Shown: positions 14,046 to 27,548 of the stretch, in pieces | Numbering within the stretch: position 1 is the first letter of the stretch | Layout of the letters: each line of letters starts with the position of its first letter | Assembly: GCA_030264375.1 (NCBI GenBank) | Contig: JASCQW010000027.1 | Span: 93,546,858-93,610,857 of the forward strand | Direction: 5' to 3' | Length of the DNA stretch: 64,000 nucleotides | Source of the DNA: Carcharhinus longimanus | Lineage: Eukaryota | Notes under the pieces: model-generated | The model's input: only the letters and a program-made list of their open reading frames with translations | The model's database searches: none | What the model was told of the DNA's origin: nothing | Position numbers and translations under genes: made by a program

Positions 14046-14910
14046 GGGTGTGATTTTCCCATCCCCGATGCACTGATTTTTTAGTGGGGCCGGATTAGTG
14101 CAATGTGTGCTGGGCATCCAGCACCAAGTGTGTCTCCCAGCACCAGATTTTTGAATTACCTATGCAGAACTTCATTTAAATATAATTAGCAGGCCCGGGA
14201 CTGAAGTCTCCAGGTCCACTAGCCTCTCAACCCCTTCCCATTCCTCGCCAGGGGGAACTGGCGGCCTGATCTCGCTGAAGCAGAGGGGGGGAAATTGAGG
14301 CCTCTCCAGAGGGTCGGATGGCAAGGTGTCCCCTGGGCATTGGCACCTTGGCAGTGCCAGCTTGGCCCCCTGGCACTGTCCAAGGGGCAAAGAAGCAATA
14401 CGCGGGGGCACCTTGGCACTTCCCTCTGGACATAGGGCCGTGCCATTGGGGTGGGGCCTGATTGGGGTGGCGATTGCTGGGATGAGGGATCTTGCTACTA
14501 CCCTGGAGTCAGGATCAATGGTGAGGGAAGCCAGTGATCAGGCTGGCCATCGGAGTGAGTGGAAGTGGGCAGCCTGCTAGAGGGGGTGGGATCAGGGATG
14601 CAGGTGGGGGGGTGGTGGGATGGTGGGAGCGCCAGCGATGTGGCTGGCCAGCAACTGGGCCACTGCACATGTGCTGATTGCGACACTGACAAATCCGTGA
14701 ACGTGCAGAGGCCCACTCAGTGCTATGCTGCCAGTCTTTCCAGCAGAAATAGGCTGCACCCACAGACTTTTTATATGATTCATGCTAGGGCACTCTGCAA
14801 TGCACAGAGTGTGGGAGATTCTTCTCTGAATTCTCACTAAAAAAAAGTATGACTTACTCCAGTTTTCACACAAATTCAACACTTAGTATTTATTTGGGAG
14901 AATCATCCCC
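14046..14910. mobile_element. GC-rich MITE, probably a Harbinger-type non-autonomous element
   Basis: 16-bp imperfect TIRs gggtgtgattttccca ... tgggagaatcatcccc (13/16 match), flanked by AAT on both sides; internally similar to 27549-28664. Confidence 0.7.
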
Positions 14911-17900
14911 AATATATGTTTTGGTGCACTAGCAAATTGAAGGGGCATCAACATAAAATGGATCATGACCAAGAAGCTTATTTGGGTTAGTTTGGAAGCA
15001 TGTGACAAGAAATCTACAGTGCTTCACAAAAAAAAAGATTCTCCTAAGATTCAATTGTTCTGAAAGTAGCCACGTTTGGAGAAGAACCTGTATTATAAAC
15101 ATCCAGTGAGATGAGGAACAAGGCCCTGTTCCAATCCATACCAGTTCTTTCATCTCTGGTCCCAACAATGCATTATGCTATGCAATAATTTAAACTGATT
15201 TTTCCTTGCCTTTTGAGATTTGTAATGTGACAAAAAAACAATATTTGTTGTTAGGATTTGCATTGCATGAATGGCTACTCTTGTTATCTACAGTAACCAC
15301 TCTTTAAAAGGAGTTCATTGTGGAAAATTCCTCAATATGTACATAGCATCATTATTATGAAAAAGCAGTGGCCAAATTAAAGATATGCACTCTTGGCTAA
15401 GATCAAGCTCAAGATGGGATCCAGTGCCTTGCCTTGTCAGCTTAGATCTTGTATGTCTCTTATGTGGACCATACATTGGATTCAGTTTGCATTTGGTTTT
15501 TGGAACAAGTGAGACAGATTTGGTCTTGCCAGGTCCATTCTGTGCATTAGCTTTGTAACTTTGGAGTAAACGAATGAAGTAAAAATTTTTAAAAAACACG
15601 TTCAGCAAAATCTTGTTACCTAGGCAGGAAATTCCTACAAAATGGCAAAATCTGTGGAATTCACAATTTGAATACTTTAAATACTGAACTGCGTTTTGAG
15701 ATTTTAAAATGCACAATGATCATTTTTGATGATAAAACTTTATATTATGGTTTTCAAAACATGCACAATTCTACAGCTTTCCATGATTCTCAGTATTTTC
15801 AATATAAACTAGGCAGCCCATTGACAATTCGGAAAAAAAGTATGTTCAAAGGGAATAATCATATCATGAAAAGTCCCTCATTTAATTATTCTATCACAAG
15901 GTATGTAACAGTTTAGATTAATTGCAGTGCATCAACTCTCCTCTTAATTACTCCTACGAGTTTCAAATGTATAGTTTTGTTCTGAAAACAAGAAAAACGT
16001 TTATAGAAAAAAGTAATGTAACAGTATGGAAGAATACATTGAGACCACTGAGTACAAAACAAGGAAGTGATATTCAATTTGTGCAAGACTGATTCTGTCA
16101 GTTGGACTACTTGTGTGCATTTCTACTCACCCCTTTGTTGGATAGATATTAAGAATAATGAAAAGAGTGCAACAAAAGATTGAGTAGAATACTGTCAGGA
16201 ATAAGTTGTGAAGGATTACGTAAAAATGGAGCTTCTTAACTGTAACAAAAAGCATTAGATGGAACCTAATGGGGGTTTTCAAAATAATGAAATTATTTAG
16301 AAATAGTAACAAAAAATCCATGAGTTGATAAATCAGTCGCAAAGGGACAGAAACCCAGAATTAATGATGGAAGAATGAAAGAAAAGTTGCATTTGTTTTC
16401 CATAAGCTGCGTTGTTAGCACATGAAATGATAATAAATGTCTCAGTTAAGAGGAATTGGATAAATACTTGAAGATGAAATAAAAATGAATACGGGAAAGA
16501 GCAGAGAAACAAGCTTGAATAGCTGCAGTTGAACAACACCAGCACACTCTTAAAGGGCCAAGTGGTTTTCTTCTATGTCGTAGTTTCTATGAAGTTATAG
16601 TTTCAAACCATTATCTGAATTAAATTCCAAATTCATACTCGTTACGCTGCTTGTGTGGCCTGCTAAAATACAATTTATTGAAAAAGGAGGATGTCTTTGC
16701 CTTTTTCTTTGGGAGATGGCACTCAATTTGCTTAGCACCTTTAATCACAAGTATTACATCATCTTTTGATATACCCTGTGATTTTGATCACTAAATGAAT
16801 TTTGGAGCTATTAAGGCATCTTCAGATTAGCTCAATCTGCAGATTAGTTCTAGTAGAGTTATTTGTGATTCTCCTACATCTGAAGTTCTGCTGTACAGAT
16901 TGATGTCATTGCAAAACATTATTTCTTCATTTTCATGATGGTCCAATTCAGCAGTGAAAGTTACCTATCAGTGACCAATCTAAACGAGGGAAGGATATTG
17001 GTCTAAGCCTCAGTGGCCAGCACAGCCTGACCTCAATGTTTGTGCTGTATATGGAATAGTCATCTTGGTTGAGTATATGATTAGAAGAAACAAGATCTGG
17101 TAGAAAAATGTACTTTGCTATATTAAGGATAGTGGTCATTTTACCATTCAATGCATAAATTATGTCAGCTGAAGGTGACATTTTCATTTCCTATTTTCTC
17201 AACCAAAATATTTTGAAATTCCTAAACTAAGATATTAGTCAATTTATATAAATGATTCCTTTGTTTAAACGGGAAGTATTCATCTCTTTCATTAAAGTTT
17301 CAAACTTTTAACTTATTATTTTCAATTTTAGGCCTGAACTTCTAGTTATTTGCCTCAAAAATCTTTCAATCCCTTCATACCTGTGCAGACAGAATGTGGA
17401 TGGGTGTTGGCATTGTATGGAGTTTTCGGGAGGTTCTGTTGAGGGGTTGGCATGGGGATTGTACAACAGATGCCTAGAAGGTAGAATCCTTCTAACCTTT
17501 TCTAGATAACTATTGATAGTTAGAACCATCCAATATTTGTGATTAAAATCACATTTTCAAATGGTTCCCAGTGCAGGGAATTGCCCAAAGAAGTTTGAAC
17601 TTTCCAGACAATTGTCGTACAAGCCTTATCTGGGAACCTCTGAGGGGTGCGTGGAGGAGGTTCCCCAGTGCATCTTTGTGGTACCGCCAGTACACTGTCT
17701 TGGAGGTTGGAAGGGCCTTTATGAACTATTTGGGACCACTGGCTCAGGCTTATTAACTTTGGGGTTTCAAAGAAAGGATGATTCAAAATTCTTCATGAAT
17801 TTTTTTTGCTGTCTCTGATAAATTCTGCATGACTGCACATATTTTAAAGATTAGGAGGCTGTCGTTTCTGCTCTATGGGATTATAAATTATTGGTCTAAA

Positions 17901-18621
17901 CCTCATAGGTAGATGATTCCTATGTGGGTGAAAACGATGTTGCACATGTTGTATCCAAGTAAAGCTGTTCAAAAATACTTTACAGATGTTTACTAAAAAG
18001 ATGTTTTAAAAGATTGCAACTAGTTCCACATAATCAAAATGTACGTTTTTTTTTAAATTTTGGCCCTATCAACTATTAGCAACATGTTTTGAAAGAAAAT
18101 AGTACCAGGAAAATTATGAAAATTAAAGGCACTTTCGTTGGTGATACCAGTGCTGAACAGTTCCTAATATTTATTTTAAAGTATAAACTGTTTGCATAGC
18201 CTCGAGCTTGAACGATAAAACTTTCTTGGTCTCTGGTTAATAAGAGGTACTATACACATATTATCAATGGAGATGATTCTGTTCAGAGTTCTAAAAGAAA
18301 CAGTTTTATCCCTTCAGTACATACACTTTCATCATTTCAACTCTGTGAAAGTTGCACTAGGTCAATTCTGGTGAAAGGAAGATAATTTGGGACTGAACTG
18401 CACTATCAGTGGATTATTGAAGACATGAATCAAACTTGAAACTCTTAAGTTTCAGCACAATACCACATGTCTTCCTAATACTGTGTTTTAGAGCATAAAT
18501 GCATAGTAATAAAATATTTATTATGATAGTGTTGATTTTCCATTCAATAGCAAAACACCTGCTGCTGTACAAAGTAACAAAAAAAGTTCCCTTTACTCAA
18601 TTTCTAACTTCCCCTTTTTTG

Positions 18622-19615
18622 ATTAGGAACGTGGAAAATAGGAGCAGGAGAAGGCCACTCACCCCTTGATGTTACTACTCAACTACCTTAAAGCCATTTT
18701 CCAACACTATCCTGATATCCCTTGATATCTTTAATATCTAGAATCTTATCAATCTCAGTTGTGAACATAGTTAATTACTGAACCTCCATGGTGTAGGGAA
18801 TTCTAAAGATTCTTGTTCCTCTGAGTGAAGAAATTTCTCCTCATCTAAGTCCTAACCTAAATTATCTACTTCTAATTCTGAGACTATATTCCTGGCTCCG
18901 GTGCCCCTCTCCAGATTAGGAGAACATCCTTCTTGCATCTACCCTGTCGAGCCCTGTAAAAAGTTTGTATGTTTTAGTGAGATCACTTCTCATTCTTCTA
19001 AACTCTAGAGAATATAGATCTAGTTTTCATAATCTCTCCTCAGAGGCCAAACCCATCATTCCAGAGACCAGCCTGGTGAGCCTTCATTGTACTCCCTCTA
19101 TGGTGAGTATAGCCTTCCTTGGGTAAGGAGACCAAAACTGTACAGAGTACTCCAGGCTTGGTGTGATCTCACCAAGGCTCTGTATAGTTGCAGTGAAACT
19201 TCATTATTTCCATACTCAAATCCTCATATAAAAAAGAGTAACAATACCATTTGCCTTCTTAGTGGTTTGCTGCACCTGCATGCTTGATTTCAGTGACTCA
19301 TGAACAAGGACACCCAGGTCCCTTTGGGCATTAATACCCACTGTGCATTTCTGTTTTTCCTACCAAATTGGATAACTTTACATTTTTCTACATTATATTG
19401 CACCTACCATGTTCTTGCCCACTCGCTTAGCTTGTTTAAATCCCCTTGAAGCTGCTTTACATCCTCCTCACAATTCACATTCCCACCTAGTTTTGTATCA
19501 TCAGCAACACATTTAATTCCCACATCCAAATCATTAACATAGATTAGGAATATCTGGGGCTCAGGCACTGATCCTTGTGGTACTCCAACTTGAGAAAGAA
19601 ACATTTATTCCTGTT
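18622..19615 (-). mobile_element. CR1-type LINE 3' fragment (reverse transcriptase to tail)
   Basis: ORF 19404-19604 reads GVPQGSVPEPQIFLIYVNDLD..ADDTKLGG (CR1 RT); 3' tail near 18625-18670. Confidence 0.85.
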
Positions 19616-19635
19616 CTGAGTATTGCTGAAAAAAA

Positions 19636-20780
19636 AGTTTTTTGTCAAAGCTTTTCATCTTGCACTCAGCAGAACATTTGCAGGAATATATTGTAAGGGA
19701 AATCAACAAATTTATACTGTGTGAAAAGAGAGTGCATTGCCATGGAGAATGCACCAGTTGTTGGTTACTCATAGTTAATGGGCAAGCTTTGTTTGAAATT
19801 TAAACCAGGTAGTTTGACTTTGGCCAAAGCACTGCTCTGAGGAATGAGCAGCAATTGCTATCACTTATTTTGTTTTGCTCAAGCACAATGTGTCCCATGT
19901 TTTTTCTGTCTACAAAGAACAAAGCCCTATGTATTGATACATGTAGCATCCAAAACACCCAAATGCACCACACTGTAGGCCCTAACTGACAATCTAAATT
20001 GATTGTCAGCATGGTTCTTATCAGACTGAGGATTATATTTCAAATGTTATCCAGTAGTGGAATCACATCTAATGATGGACATTGCGTTTGGAGTTTTGCA
20101 ATCACAGGCTAATTGGGTAAGTTTTGTATTTTGCCTTTTGTGAACAGTGGAAGGGACATACTGTGTGATTCAATGACTGGAACATATGACCTACATACCT
20201 AACATTATACTGAAATTAATGTACCACATTACTCATTTGTTTGACAGGCAGAATGTCTTTCTGCATGATTACAGCATCTTGTTAGTGGCGAATAACACTT
20301 GTGTTGCTGCTGCGAAGTAGCAGCGCGAAACAGCTAGCCTCATGTGTTCCTCAAATTTTTAAGAGAACTTGCTCGTCCAATGTAATCTGAGGTACTTTTT
20401 TAGGGCCCAAAGTGATGGCCAAAGACTTACTCGTGAGTTCACGATCAGGGTAGCCATTGTCCCGCAGGATACCTTCAATAAGCCCTATTTCAGCATCAAG
20501 CTTGCATGGTGAGAAAATGGCTGGGTCCTATTTATAAAGTAAGGCCAATCTTTTAGTGGATGGAACTGTAAGAATTCCAAAGTGTGTGTTGACGAGTGAA
20601 GGTAGGCTTGCAGTAGACCATGGTAGAGAACTCCCTGGCAGATTTCTGAACTAGTATGTTAAGGAAAGGGAGTTCATTTGACTTCTCCATTTAAAAGGTG
20701 AATTTGAGCACAGAATGGAGCTCATTAAGATGCACGTTGAGATAATTGTTACATACAGCTGCCAATTGGAACCTTATTGA
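19636..20780 (-). mobile_element. Penelope-like element fragment (RT C-terminus, GIY-YIG region, terminal repeat)
   Basis: Collinear with 26560-27150; GIY-YIG C-terminal-like peptide on the minus strand; degenerate hammerhead core CTGcTGA...GAAA at 19653-19672. Confidence 0.62.
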
Positions 20781-21255
20781 GAACCTTTTGGAAGACTTTT
20801 GAAAATCCAAATGCACCAGACCCATTGGTGTTTCTCCTTATCGATTCTGCTAGTTAGATTCTCAAAAAATCTCAATCGGTCAAACATGATTTTCTTTTCA
20901 TAACTGCATGACTTTGTCTAATCCTATCATTTATTTATAAGTTTCACGTTATCATATCCTTTGTAATGGATTCTAGCAATTTCCTTACTGCTGATATCAG
21001 GCTAACAAGTTTGTAGTTCTCCATTTTCTCTGCCCCTCTTTACATAAATTGTGGAGGTACATTTCCTATGTTTGAATCTGCAGGAACTATTCCAGCATCC
21101 ATTGAATTTTGGAAGTTGACCACCAATGTACCCATTATCTCAACAGCCATCTCTTTCCACACTCTGGGATGTAAATCATCAGGTCTGGAGAATTTATCAA
21201 TTTTCAGTCCCTTTGGTTCCTCCAGTAAAGCATTTTTAAAATCAATTCTAATAGT
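20780..21255 (-). mobile_element. CR1-type LINE ORF2 fragment
   Basis: ORF 21040-21264 reads KIDKFSRPDDLHPRVWKEMAVEI..GIVPAD, the CR1 KSPGPDGxHPRVLKE region. Confidence 0.8.
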
Positions 21256-22319
21256 TAATACCATGAATGTACAGATTCGCTTATTTATTCTCCGCAGGGC
21301 AGCATCATAGTTCTACCCTGCCTTCTCAGCAGCTATAGATGGCAGCTTTGTCAGTGTCACCTGTGTCCTGAGAACAAATAAAAAAAAACTAACTATATAA
21401 TTTATTTTGCGAGTGTTGGTTGAACATTGGATATTGTACTAGAGAACTTTGCTCTTCTCCAAAAAGTGCCATGGGCTAGTTTGCAACTACCTAAAGAAGA
21501 AGATGGGATCTGATCTGAAAAATCACACAAACCAAGCTGCAGCAGTCTCTCAATGCTAGATACTGAATACTATTTACCACTTTCCTTTACGTCTGTAAAC
21601 TAATGTAATTCAGCACTTTAACTATTTTTGCTCAAGGAATACAGGTTCAGAATATTACTATTGTGGTGATAGTAAATAGTTGCTATAGATATATATATAC
21701 ATAGGTTTTCTTATGTTTCTATAGAATGTTTAAAATTTCAGCTTTATTCTACAGGGAGTCGGTATGTCTGGTAAACATTTATCTCAAGGATTGTAAAAGC
21801 AAGTTAATTACTTATTTCAGCCAAAATGTGTTACTTTGATACAGCTAATGGACTTTTGTTAACACAAAAGATTGCTTGGGAAGTTGGTTGACAGGATTAT
21901 GTGATTATGTGGTTCGTGTGCAGAGCTGGGCCTGTGGCAGGATGAAATAAGCTTTGGCATTGCTGTTGGAGGGCTGCTAAAGTCAGAGGCATTTCCTGAG
22001 AACTCACTCTCTCTCTCCACAAAATCTCTCTGAAAACTTCAAAACTGTTAATACAACTTACAGCAAAAATGCCTGGTTTTATTAACTATTTATTTAAAGG
22101 TAGTGTTGATCTTTGCATGAATGGGGCTTATTTGGAAATGGAACAGTCATAAGCTAGAAAGTAAAGTTGCTTCCTTTCATTTTAAATATTGTGCAATTCT
22201 TAATGGTTAAGCTGCTTCATTTGTTAGATTTGTATTTAAACAGTGTTATTACATAAAATTTGTTTCACTATAAAAGATCCATACTTTGTCAGTGGAATCA
22301 TTCCTGGAGAGAAATATCT

Positions 22320-22558
22320 TGATGTGGGTATGCCGGCGTTGGACTGGCGTAAACACAGTAAAAAGTCTGACAACACCAGGTTTTAGTCCANNNNNNNNNN
22401 NNNNNNNNNNNNNNNNNNNNNNNNNNNNNNNNNNNNNNNNNNNNNNNNNNNNNNNNNNNNNNNNNNNNNNNNNNNNNNNNNNNNNNNNNNACTAAAACCT
22501 GGTGTTGTCAGACTTTTTACTGTGTTTACGCCAGTCCAACGCCGGCATACCCACATCA
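22320..22558. mobile_element. Young fold-back element: perfect 68-bp inverted arms either side of an N gap
   Basis: 22320-22387 is the exact reverse complement of 22491-22558; resembles an abundant shark palindromic repeat that I recall as Penelope-derived. Confidence 0.65.
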
Positions 22559-24205
22559 TGACTATTTCTTAAAGCAGTATCTTTAAGCAACTCACCACAT
22601 AATGGAGTTGAACAAGAAGTCAGAGCTCTGTGCCAAACATCTGTCCATTTTGCATTATTACTGGAGAAGTTTATTTAAGGATAGTTATAATTAGTTTGAT
22701 ATCAGTTATCAAACTTCCACCTAGGTCTTCACTGTGATATCACAGGAAACGGTTTTCATTGCCACAGATTCAGAAATTATTGCTGTACTGTTGACTTAAA
22801 ATATTGTTAATCAAATCATGAAACTATGTGTTACCATAATACTGTTTTTGGGGTAATGTGTTATGTTGAATGGCCTTCAAAGATTTTCATAACATTTTGT
22901 ATAATCTATCCTAAATATTGTATGAATTATCGAAAGTAAAACACAATTTAAAAAAAAATGGCTATCCCAGTGTCTGCATTTGCAATGTGACAGCTGGTCT
23001 GTGTCAAAAGGGAACAATTCAAACATGGTGAGTATTATCAAACACAGTCCTATCCTGACATAAATTTGAAAGTTTTGGGGCATATTGTCAGTGTTATAAA
23101 TGGAACAATTTTCAATAGCAGAAACAGACAAGAGAAATGGTCATAACCTTTGTCAGTATTGTGGTCAACTTGCATGTCATTGGACTACAATTTAACATTA
23201 AGCATGACTGAAGACACAAATGATGTTGAGTTATTCATACAACTGTGTTAAATATTAAAGTTTGATGAATTATAGAAGCTGGTAGTTGAAGAACAGGATA
23301 TGTAATGTAAGTGATTAATAACAAACAAAACTGGGGGTTTTATTTGAATCTATGGCTAATGAACTTGTTGCACTACTTTAAAGTGTTGCAAACCTAGAAT
23401 GATGTCACAGCAGTTTAATTTTGCCTGTTTCATCCTGATTTTCATTTTAAGTTGTATTTATAAGGACTAGAAGTGGCTTTGGTTTTAAACAATTTTTAAT
23501 TGTACCTTAGCCAGCACAGGGCACTGCAATTAACGTGGAACAATCAAGGTTCCCATTCCCAATTACAGGGATCCCTGCTACAAACAGAGTGAGTAAGTGA
23601 GTGACTAAGTATGTGTTTCTTGATAAACATATGCAGGAAGTGAAAAGAGGGATAGAAACCGCATATTGATGCGGGTTTGGTGGGCCAAAGGATCTGTTCC
23701 TATGCTGGATTGTTCTTTATACTCTCATTGCTCTTTATGTGCACATCGTTAAAGGTGACCTGCAGCACTCAGTCCAGCTCACAGCTCTCTAACCAAACTT
23801 TCACATACTGTGAGGAAACTGGTACAGGTGGATCCATATCCCAATACAAGGCACTGCTTTCAAGACAGTACAGTATTTGGGAAAATGTGTCTTGGTGAGT
23901 GAAGTCCTTCACAACACCTGACAGACCACCAAACATCTGGGGTATTTGAGCAGACTTCCTACTGTATGCTTATAAACCAATTAATTCCTTGTTGAGGCTT
24001 CACTGAACTAGGTTTCTCATAAACGTAATTTTGATAAAAGTTTTAGAAAATTCCAAATCATGAGTATGCTTTTGACTCTTGTCAAATGCAGGATGGAATG
24101 TCATTTATTTATCTCACAGATAATAAGCATTTTCCATGTTTACACTAAGCATGACAAATTGTTGTGTCAAAAGTGAACTACTTTACACGCTTTCTTTTCA
24201 TGTAG

Positions 24206-24373
24206 TCAAGTTTACTGTATGGAAAATGCCCATGGCCAATTGGTACGAGACCTTGACTTCAATCCCAACAAGCAATACTACTTAGCAAGCTGTGGCGATG
24301 ACTGTAAAGTGAAGTTTTGGGACACCAGGAATGTTAATGAACCAGTCAAGACTTTGGAAGAACATTCCCACTG
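24206..24373 (+). CDS. EIPR1: EIPR1 coding exon (equivalent to exon 7), WD40 repeat
   Basis: tgtag| and TG|gtaagt; 168 bp; (S)[55 protein letters not shown]. Confidence 0.96.
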
Positions 24374-25756
24374 GTAAGTGTTTCCTCTGTTCACTTGGTC
24401 AAGGTAGCAGGATTATTTCAATTCAGTGATTTCTTTATGCACATCACTATTGCTTTACGTCCTATCCACCCTGAGCTGTGTTTAAATGTAAGAGACAATT
24501 TTTTCTTTCTTCCAAGAAAGACATGACATTTTTCCATTAGAAACACATGCGTTTTATTTGTAATGTGAATTATAATTTGGGTTGTATGGCTGGGAGCCCA
24601 GCATTCATGCTAAACCTTTGAGACTTTTTTGTTATTTGTTAAAATTTATCTTGCTGGATTTGCTAAGATTCTGATCTGAATGGCAGTGCGCATCTCCATT
24701 CTGTCACTGTCCGATAACGTATCAAACCATTAGTACTTCAATACTTTGGTAACCTGTAACACAGGTTCCAATTTGGGTCCAAATGCAAGATAATAGCAAA
24801 CAAATACACTTGTACACATAGAGTTAGTTCTCTTTGATACCTCAGTGACTAAAATGGGCTTATTCTGGTCTGCTGAATTACGTAGGAATGTTCCAGGTTT
24901 GATTTCTAGCTTGTGTTGAATTTAGTGATAGATCTGCTACAATGAACTTAGCATCTGTGAGTTAATTTGGCACAGTGAGCCTGAGTTTCCATTCATAATT
25001 ACTGTCTTGTATAAGTGGAATGTGTAAATATGCTTGCTCGTCTCTCATAACACATTGGTAGATGAAGCGGTTAGATTTGACTGCGTAAACTAGTTCTTGT
25101 GTGTACTAAAACCACATTTGTGAACAATCAGGCTTTATTGTTGAAACATGATAGGTTAAATAAAATTAATAAATTGTCTTTTATTATGTAATGCACTAAA
25201 ACATACATGTCAAAATATGTACTACAAGGTGACTCCATGCTTTCAGCAGAGAATCACATTTGGATGGAGAGGATCAAAGGGATGAAGCTCCTCATTTCCA
25301 TTCATTAATTCCTGAGATGCAATCATTGCAAGCATTGATCCCTGCTGGGAGCACAAGATTACAGAATTACTCTGTATATATCATTTGATGTAATTTGGAC
25401 ATTTAATGTCAACCTTACATTATAAAAGATCTTTGAGGACTTCTTCGAAGGCTATTCTACATATCTTGGATACACATTAAAATATTTTAGCACTTGGTAC
25501 ATAGAAGATTTAGACAAGTAAAATAGTAGGCTGAGTTAATTAAGTTTTCAGTACCTTTTTTTAAGTTCCAAAAAACAGTGTGTTTTAAAATATGTAGAGT
25601 GTTTCTTCTTGGGCAGAGGGTAGAGGAGTGGGGGAAGTGTTAATAAAGCCTGATAGCGCAACCTGGTGATCCAATGGAAGTACCATCCTTGATGGAGGAA
25701 GGGAAAATGACATGCCACGTAAGTTGCAACCTCCAGGACATCATACTGGACAGAAC

Positions 25757-26041
25757 GGTGGTAGGCGCTGCTACCACTCAATGTCAGGGATATGTTCAAT
25801 TTTGGACTTGGGTAACTGTGTGGAGTTTGCATGTTCTCCCTGTGTCTGTGTGGGTTTCTCTGGGCGCTCAATCCAGAGATATGCAGGTGAGATGAATTGG
25901 CCTTGCTAAATTGTCCCTTAGTGTCACAGGTTATGTTGGTGAGGTGGATTAGGATTATGGTTGTGGATCTAGGGAAGATCTGAGTCGGAACAGGCTCAAT
26001 GAGTCAAATGGTCTCCTTCTGCACTGCAGGGATTCTATGAT
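25757..26041 (+). mobile_element. HE1-like V-SINE, degenerate
   Basis: tgtggagtttgcatgttctccctgtgtctgtgtgggtttc V-domain and CR1-derived tail ccttctgcactgcagggattctatga. Confidence 0.8.
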
Positions 26042-26559
26042 AACAGGGCAGTGCTCCAAGATGTTTCAGGCACTCTCGCCCCTCTCCTCCTCTACCCCCA
26101 TCCCCCCGTCCAGCCAGAAGTCCCCACATAAGGCTTGCGTGGCATTTGCCCAGGACATTTAAACTTCTGTTGAACAAGTACCTTATGCTGGGAACCATTC
26201 AAAATTCCAATTTACATCCCAATCTTTGGCTGGTTTTGTCTTAGCAGAATAATTACCTACGACAAATTAGAAGAATTAAAACCACTCCTTACTCTGGGTA
26301 TCTATACTACAGAACAACCATCCCTACTGCTCAACTTCCTGACTAATCTGAACACATTGACCCCCTCCCATCCCCCGACCTCCCTACTACCCCTCTGACA
26401 AACATCACTCGCCAGCTGCTACCCTCCTGACTGCCCCCTTTTGTCGGAGCTCTTCACTATTTTGACCAAAGTATACTTGTTAATCATGCATTGCTGAGAC
26501 AGAAAAAATTTGAACACATGAAATGGAAGGAGAAAAAGACACAAAGAGGGGCTAATGAG

Positions 26560-27150
26560 GGTATTTTTCTTCATTCCAATTCTAACGTCCAAGCATAGTT
26601 TGATCATTTAAATCAGGAAGCTGAACTTGGGTCAAGGCATTGCCTTGAGGAATGAACCAGCGAATGACTATCAAGTATTTTGTTTAACTTAAACTGACGC
26701 AATGTGTGTAGATGTTCTTTCTGTCTGCAAAAAACAGGGCTCTGTGTGTTAATATATGAAGCTTCCAGTACACACACGTGTCATACTGTGAGCCCAACTG
26801 ACAATCTTAAAATTTGTTCTCAGCGTAATATTTAGCGAACTGAAGATTATTTAGAAAATGTTGTCCATTTGCAGAATCACATCTGATGTTAGGCACTATG
26901 TTTTGAGTTTTACAAGCTCAGGTTGGTCTGTACCTTGTGCCTGTTGTGGACACAGAAGGGATATGCTGTTTGATGTGATCTGCCAGTCTGTAGAATGTGT
27001 GGTTGACATACCTAGCATTATACCATCACTGAAATTCATATACCATGTTATTTATTTGTGTGATACGCAGAATGTCTCTTTGGCTTGATGGCAGCATCTT
27101 GTTAGTGGAGGATATTACTCATGTTGCAAGTGCATAGGTAGCAGTGTGAA
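26560..27150 (-). mobile_element. Penelope-like element GIY-YIG fragment
   Basis: Minus strand reads DSANGQHFLNN, KIVSWAHS and VLEASYINTQSPVFCRQKEH; paralogous to 19800-20330. Confidence 0.65.
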
Positions 27151-27548
27151 AGTGTTTGGGGATCACATTTTTTCTTAACTAATTACCTCAAATGCAGACT
27201 GCAGACATTCATATATTCTTATCCAGTTAAACTCATACTCCTAGTAAAGAAAGAAGTAGTATGATAGAGATGAAAGTAACAGGAAAGTTAAGGGAGATGA
27301 GTGGCAGAGAAGAGAGAAGTAGATTCAGAAGACGAGAAGTAAAGTTAAAATTAGGTAGACAAAGACATCAGAAACTGTTCTTCAACTATATTCCCATGCC
27401 ATTAGAAATCAACCACTTTGATATAATTGTGTAAACAGCAAGAAAATTGAAGCAAAAATTAGTTTTTTGGGGAGGGGAAGAAAAACAGTCACTTGCATCA
27501 GATAAAATTGTAATACGATGAATATTTTAAAATTCTGTCAGAGACTAT

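Noticed and set aside
14172-14882. Cluster of overlapping ORFs
   Set aside because: A consequence of high GC inside a MITE; no protein signature
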